Part shown: positions 59,098-64,000 of the stretch, piece after piece
Position numbering within the stretch: the first letter of the stretch is position 1
Layout: every line of letters starts with the position of its first letter
The notes under the pieces: generated by a model
The model's input: only the letters and a program-made list of their open reading frames with translations
Database searches by the model: none
What the model was told of the DNA's origin: nothing
Assembly (NCBI GenBank): GCA_964035545.1
Contig: OZ037765.1
Coordinates: 14,332,698 to 14,396,697, forward strand
Direction of reading: 5' to 3'
From: Bugula neritina
Taxonomy: Eukaryota > Animalia > Bryozoa
Length of the DNA: 64,000 bases
Made by a program: the position numbers and the translations under genes

Positions 59098-60380
59098 ATT
59101 GCACTACTGCATTTTTAGGTTCAGATTATTTAGTGTAGCAAATATATTTGCTAGGTATGCAGTTCATAGAGATTGGCTTGCATGGCTGCTCTAAGCCGAC
59201 CTGTTGGCTTTTGCAATCTTTTTGCCCTCCATTCAAAGTAGCACAGAGAGCAGTTGGGTAAAGTAATTATTGAACACATTCATGTAGAAGTAGACTGAGA
59301 TGAAGGCTTAAAAATATTATACATCTAACTTCCAAGAGCTCAAAAGGCCTTCAACAAAATGCCTGAGCTTTTTAAAATCCAAATTCCCCTTAAAAAGCCC
59401 AAATTTTCTGGGGGGGGGGGATTCCTCCCAGGTTGGGAACCACTAATATACATGGACTAACTCAAAATACCTAAATAATGCTGCACTCCGTTGAAAGAAG
59501 TTGATATTTCCCATGTTTTATATAGTATGATCATGCTTGTTGCCCAACATCAGTGCATGAAACTATTGAATGTAATGGAAAGTTCCATTAACCAAATATT
59601 ATAATCAATGCATCACCTTATTGACCGACTCTCCAGCACAGATTCAAACTTTGATGATGGGGACATTAGTGTACTTAATTAACACTCGATATACTATTAC
59701 GCTTTATGCAAGCCACTTGTCCAAAAGCCACGGAAATGGTGATTCAAGTTAACACCACCATAATACAGTTAAAAGCACCAAAAGATAGGTATGGATATAA
59801 CTGCTGCATACATGTAATATATAACATATATATTTTTACAAGAGCTATTATACAAAATGCTAGACAGGATGAAATTAACTTTTATATAGTATTAAAAGCA
59901 ATACAAGCAGCACCCTTTAGATGACGTATTATATGAATATACCCTAAAGACAGAGAAGATGTAGCTTTTTATATGATAAAGATAATTAAAAGGAAAGTTA
60001 AGGCAAGATTCAGAGCAGTGGTTACAATATTGGTAAATAAAGACTTACAAAAAATAATTCTTAATCTCATAATTGGAATTAGACAGCAGTGGTAATTCAA
60101 TCTACAAGCTGCATAAAGTTTCAGTACATGTATGCTAAATATTAACATTTAAAAGAGTAAGATATGGTAGAGTAGAACAATTATAAAAAATGACCCTTTC
60201 TATCGACAAACTAGTACAAAATAAAAAATATTTGACATACATATAAAACATACCATGTATAGATATGTCAACATATATGTGATGTGTATATTCAGGCTAA
60301 ATCAATAAAGATAGTTTGAAGTAATAACATTAACAAACAAGGGAAAAGTGTAACAAATGGGTAAAATCAATCACTTGATT

Positions 60381-63300
60381 TTATAACACAGGTTGGTGAA
60401 AGCCTATTTGTCCATCAAGACACCCAGTAACCAGTAACTGGTGCACAGGGGAATATGTGGTGGCCACAACCAAATTCTGATGGGAATAAATAGAAGCAAC
60501 CTCCTGCAGTTCATTAGCTTTATTGGGCGCTGTTAGTGAAGGTTCTAGAGAATTTGCGCCTTCTAGTTCATTGCACTCGCTGTCAAAGCTAAGAAGTCGA
60601 ACTCCATGGGCAAAAGGCGAGCAAATAATACGACCATCATTGCTAAAACAAGGTTCTTTGATAAAGCCTCGGCCCATGTTTGGCTCTTCAACATAGTACA
60701 CCAGTTTAGTGTCTTTAGGTGATTGAGGCTTTTTTGTAGACCTCCTGTCATCAGCAAACAACACAAGAGTCTGATGTACTCCAGTGCTGCCCCCCTGTAT
60801 GAATATCATAAACTGGTCATTGGAATCAGAATAATTTGCGGCCAAGTTGTCTACTCTTTCCTGTGCAGAAGGCAGTATATGTGACAGCATTTCCGCCTGC
60901 TCCAGTACTATTGAGGCAGCAGCAGATTGCGACTGGGTGGAGGATGTAGCTTGTTGTGAACCCTCACTTTGATCTTGTTCTTCATTGTCTAATTGTACAG
61001 GAGACCGAGATCGGGAACGCTGCCGGTAGATGTGTGTCTGTGGACCAGCTGACTGAACTGTAGCTTGACGCTGTCCATCAAACAACACATCAGATGGATT
61101 ACCAAGGTTGCTGTCAACTGACAGTGAAAACTTATATTGAGATGATGCAGATGGTAGATTTTCTTCATTTTCAACCCTCACTCCAACAGGTGTCCTGGTT
61201 TTATGCCGTAAATCGTGGACACAGGTGTGCTGCAACCATACCAGAATACTAGATTTTACATCAATATATTTTGTTACAAAAAATTATGTGCATAGTTATG
61301 ACATAGGCCTTTCAACACTTTTGCTCTCACTCATCACCAACAAACATTGCAGCCATGAGAGCTTGCAGTGTGGTTTTGAAATCATTAACTGAAGATGAAC
61401 TTGTGACCAAAGATGGGGGGGGAGTTATATAAGACTAGGACTTTAATAGCATAGCCATGAAACTGGCGCCAGCCAGGGTAAAAGTAAGCATCTACAGTCA
61501 TTGTTTGGTTAAACAAATTCTTAAACTCATTGAGCAAGCTCACTTGGGAAAAGATGAATGCAATTTAGTTACCACCCTTTGAAATCAGCTAACCCGCATG
61601 TAGATTAAATATCTCTGGGCATGACCAGGCCTGCCTTAAACCCCTAGTAACAGTGATCTCTTCCAGAGTTTTGAAAAGTTTGTAGCCATAAAATTTTCTG
61701 CAACTTTGAGACAAATTTTCGGTGACTAGGTGTTTGTCCAGTATTAGAAAATTCACTAGTATCACTAAGGAAGCTGCCTTGATTTGACCTTATTCTAAGG
61801 TTAAATGTTGGCCATATGTGGGATCTCTGAATCAAGTGTGGGATGCCGACATCACTAGCAAATCTCAATCAAACTAATGAATTGAATAGATCATTATGCA
61901 AACATGAGCGAATAAGGCTCTCAAAACTCAATGGCTTCATATAATGTAGAACAATTGCTGGCATTTGCTCCTAGGTTCCTCTTAAATCATGTACTTTTTG
62001 AGATTTCTTTTATTTATTTTTATTTCCAATAATTAAATTTAAAAATCAAACCATGTAAATTGAAGCCAAGAGTATTATATACAGTTACTGAATAGTTGAA
62101 TTTAGCCCATCCTCAACAAGTTATGGCGGAAAATGAGAAAAAAAGCCTCACCTCACACTGCTCATCACTGCTGTTATTTCTTGACACAACATAGTTTCCG
62201 CTAGGATGAACCTGACAAATATACAGCATAGTGCATGAGAATACACTTTGAGGCTTAAGCCTAATTTAATGTTATTCTGACTCAAATAGTGGCAGGCACT
62301 CATCCGTAAAGGCACAGTACTATTATGGCCTACAGTATTTCCAACTGAAGAAGTTCAGTATCTGCCACCATTAGTATCTGCTACATGAAATGATCACATT
62401 AATAAACTGAGGCATATGTATGAATATTAGTTCCAAACACCAGTATTTCACAGCCCAGCTTAGAGTCCTAATTTCTTAGAAATTTAAGATGGGTTTTCAG
62501 CAAATTATCTTTAGATAATGATACATGACAAACATGGAGAGGTAGGGGCAAACTAAAAAAGATTACAATCACTTCAGAGTGTAAAAAGTATTCCAAATCC
62601 TATGATTTTCAGTACTATCAAAACAAATCTGTTCTGTTCTTAATAATAAAACAATCAATACGTGAAGCTAGACTTGGCAGATTGGAAGCTGTGCACTAGC
62701 ATGGTATGTACCAACAGTTTGTACTAAGTTTTGCCAGCCCATGTGCAGCACAAAATTATAGTAATTCCCCTCAGATAAATCAATCACAATATGTCAACTG
62801 ATAGTCTGAAAACTAGTTGGAAGCAAGTAACATCTTCCAGTACCTTCAAGGAGGCTACAATTTCAACATCTGTGTTTTCTGTGAAGTCAGCAATAAGTTC
62901 CAATCTATTACTTGTTCTATTGTCTTGGAACAAATGGTTATATGCGATGCTGTTGTTGACAATAGCTGGATTCATCTGCATTAACCGATAGATATTGGGC
63001 TAAAAAGAAACACACCATTGCTTACATTACTGGTTAGCTGAAATATTAAAACAGTATTTTGGTTGATCAACAGCACTTAGATTGTTGATAATGACTGAGC
63101 TAGATCAAGATAGAATTCCTTCGAAAGCAACATAGAATATATAAGGCATATTATAATGAACTTATACTCATATAGGTATTCAACACACTTAAACATCTAT
63201 ACCACTTCTCACAAACTAATAAAAGTCTTTCACTTTTAAACCTGAAGCAACACTGCAAAAATAATTCTCATTGTACTCCCAGCACTTGGCATCAGCTTGG

Positions 63301-64000
63301 GCAAAAGGCCAATAGAAATTCAAACCGTGATTTTTTCTGCTGCCAACTTACCTTAAATCCCTTCAAGTCATCAGCAATAGTGTTGATGTCAAAATCATGA
63401 ACCACCATGATATAGCCACTGGAAGTGGACATGATTAACTTGGATTGGTCAGGAGACAAAGCAGTTCGCATTAAATTTCTAGTTTGGAAGAGAACCTTGT
63501 GAGGGACTTCACCATTAGTGGTACATCTGCAATACAGGCAAGCAATGTCAACAGATAATGTGCATAAAATTAGGTTTAAAATATTCACAGAATCGAAAGC
63601 TACCCTAACATACAAGTTCTCAATAAAAAATGCAATCTCCGGTAAAGGGAGAAAGAGTGTAGATAGCAAAGCAAATAAATTGCTATTCACAACAACTAAC
63701 TCGAAAAAACTTTTGGCAGGAAAAAGCTCATGAATATAAATTGTGGAAGGTTTTGCATGTTATTGTTTACTGTATGTAAGAAGTGTAAGCCACCTTTAGT
63801 AGTCAGAATCAAACTAGCTTTAGGAGTTGACTGTATGATTAAACTTCCAATGAAAGTTAACATTTTTTCGATTATACATGCAACTTAAATGCATACGAAT
63901 ATTTGGAATTACTTATCTATAATAATCCATCTATTGGAAAACTTACTCATTGTAATCCCACATGATGATGTTACCATCAAAACCAGATGTAAGTAATTTG
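60381..64000 (-). CDS. DCAF10: DDB1- and CUL4-associated factor 10 (WDR32), 3' part; exons 63947->64000, 63352-63526, 62844-62999, 62152-62211, 60381-61229
   Basis: LLTSGFDGNIIMWD, LMRTALSPDQSKL, NRLELIADF, VHPSG, YYVEEPNMGRGFIKEPCFSNDGRIICSPFAHGVRLL and C-terminal GCLDGQIGFHQP. Splice phases agree; the gene continues beyond the window. Confidence 0.92.

Larger units (their letters stand above)
57606..59445. mobile_element. Non-autonomous hAT-type element with 8-bp TSD ATATACAT, containing nested insertions
   Basis: TIRs CAGTGGTTCCCAACC and GGTTGGGAACCACTA. ATATACAT at 57598-57605 and 59446-59453. Confidence 0.92.

Overview
AT-rich, intron-containing animal (invertebrate-like) genomic DNA; the species cannot be determined from the sequence. 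I traced six spliced host genes exon by exon: a Snail-family zinc-finger gene (+), a ClC-6/7-related CLC transporter with 17 coding exons (-), HSD17B10 (-), BORCS8 (+), WDR86 (-) and the 3' part of DCAF10 (-). Mobile DNA is abundant: two RTE-type LINE fragments, a degenerate full-length Ty3/Gypsy element (LTRs, tRNA-Leu PBS, PPT, 4-bp TSD), a solo LTR, and several MITEs with clear TSDs, some nested. The most unusual observations are: (1) a 3.3-kb imperfect palindrome made of two converging LTR-PBS-gag halves flanked by ATAT, a candidate hairpin or 'killer' locus for its own family; (2) an extra ORF in the env position of the Gypsy element with C2H2 finger, NLS and leucine-zipper motifs; (3) two paralogous 104-nt exons in WDR86 that must be mutually exclusive; (4) a type I hammerhead ribozyme motif between BORCS8 and WDR86; (5) a Snail protein that appears to lack SNAG but carries an eh1-like motif. 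All coordinates were read by eye and no database searches were run.
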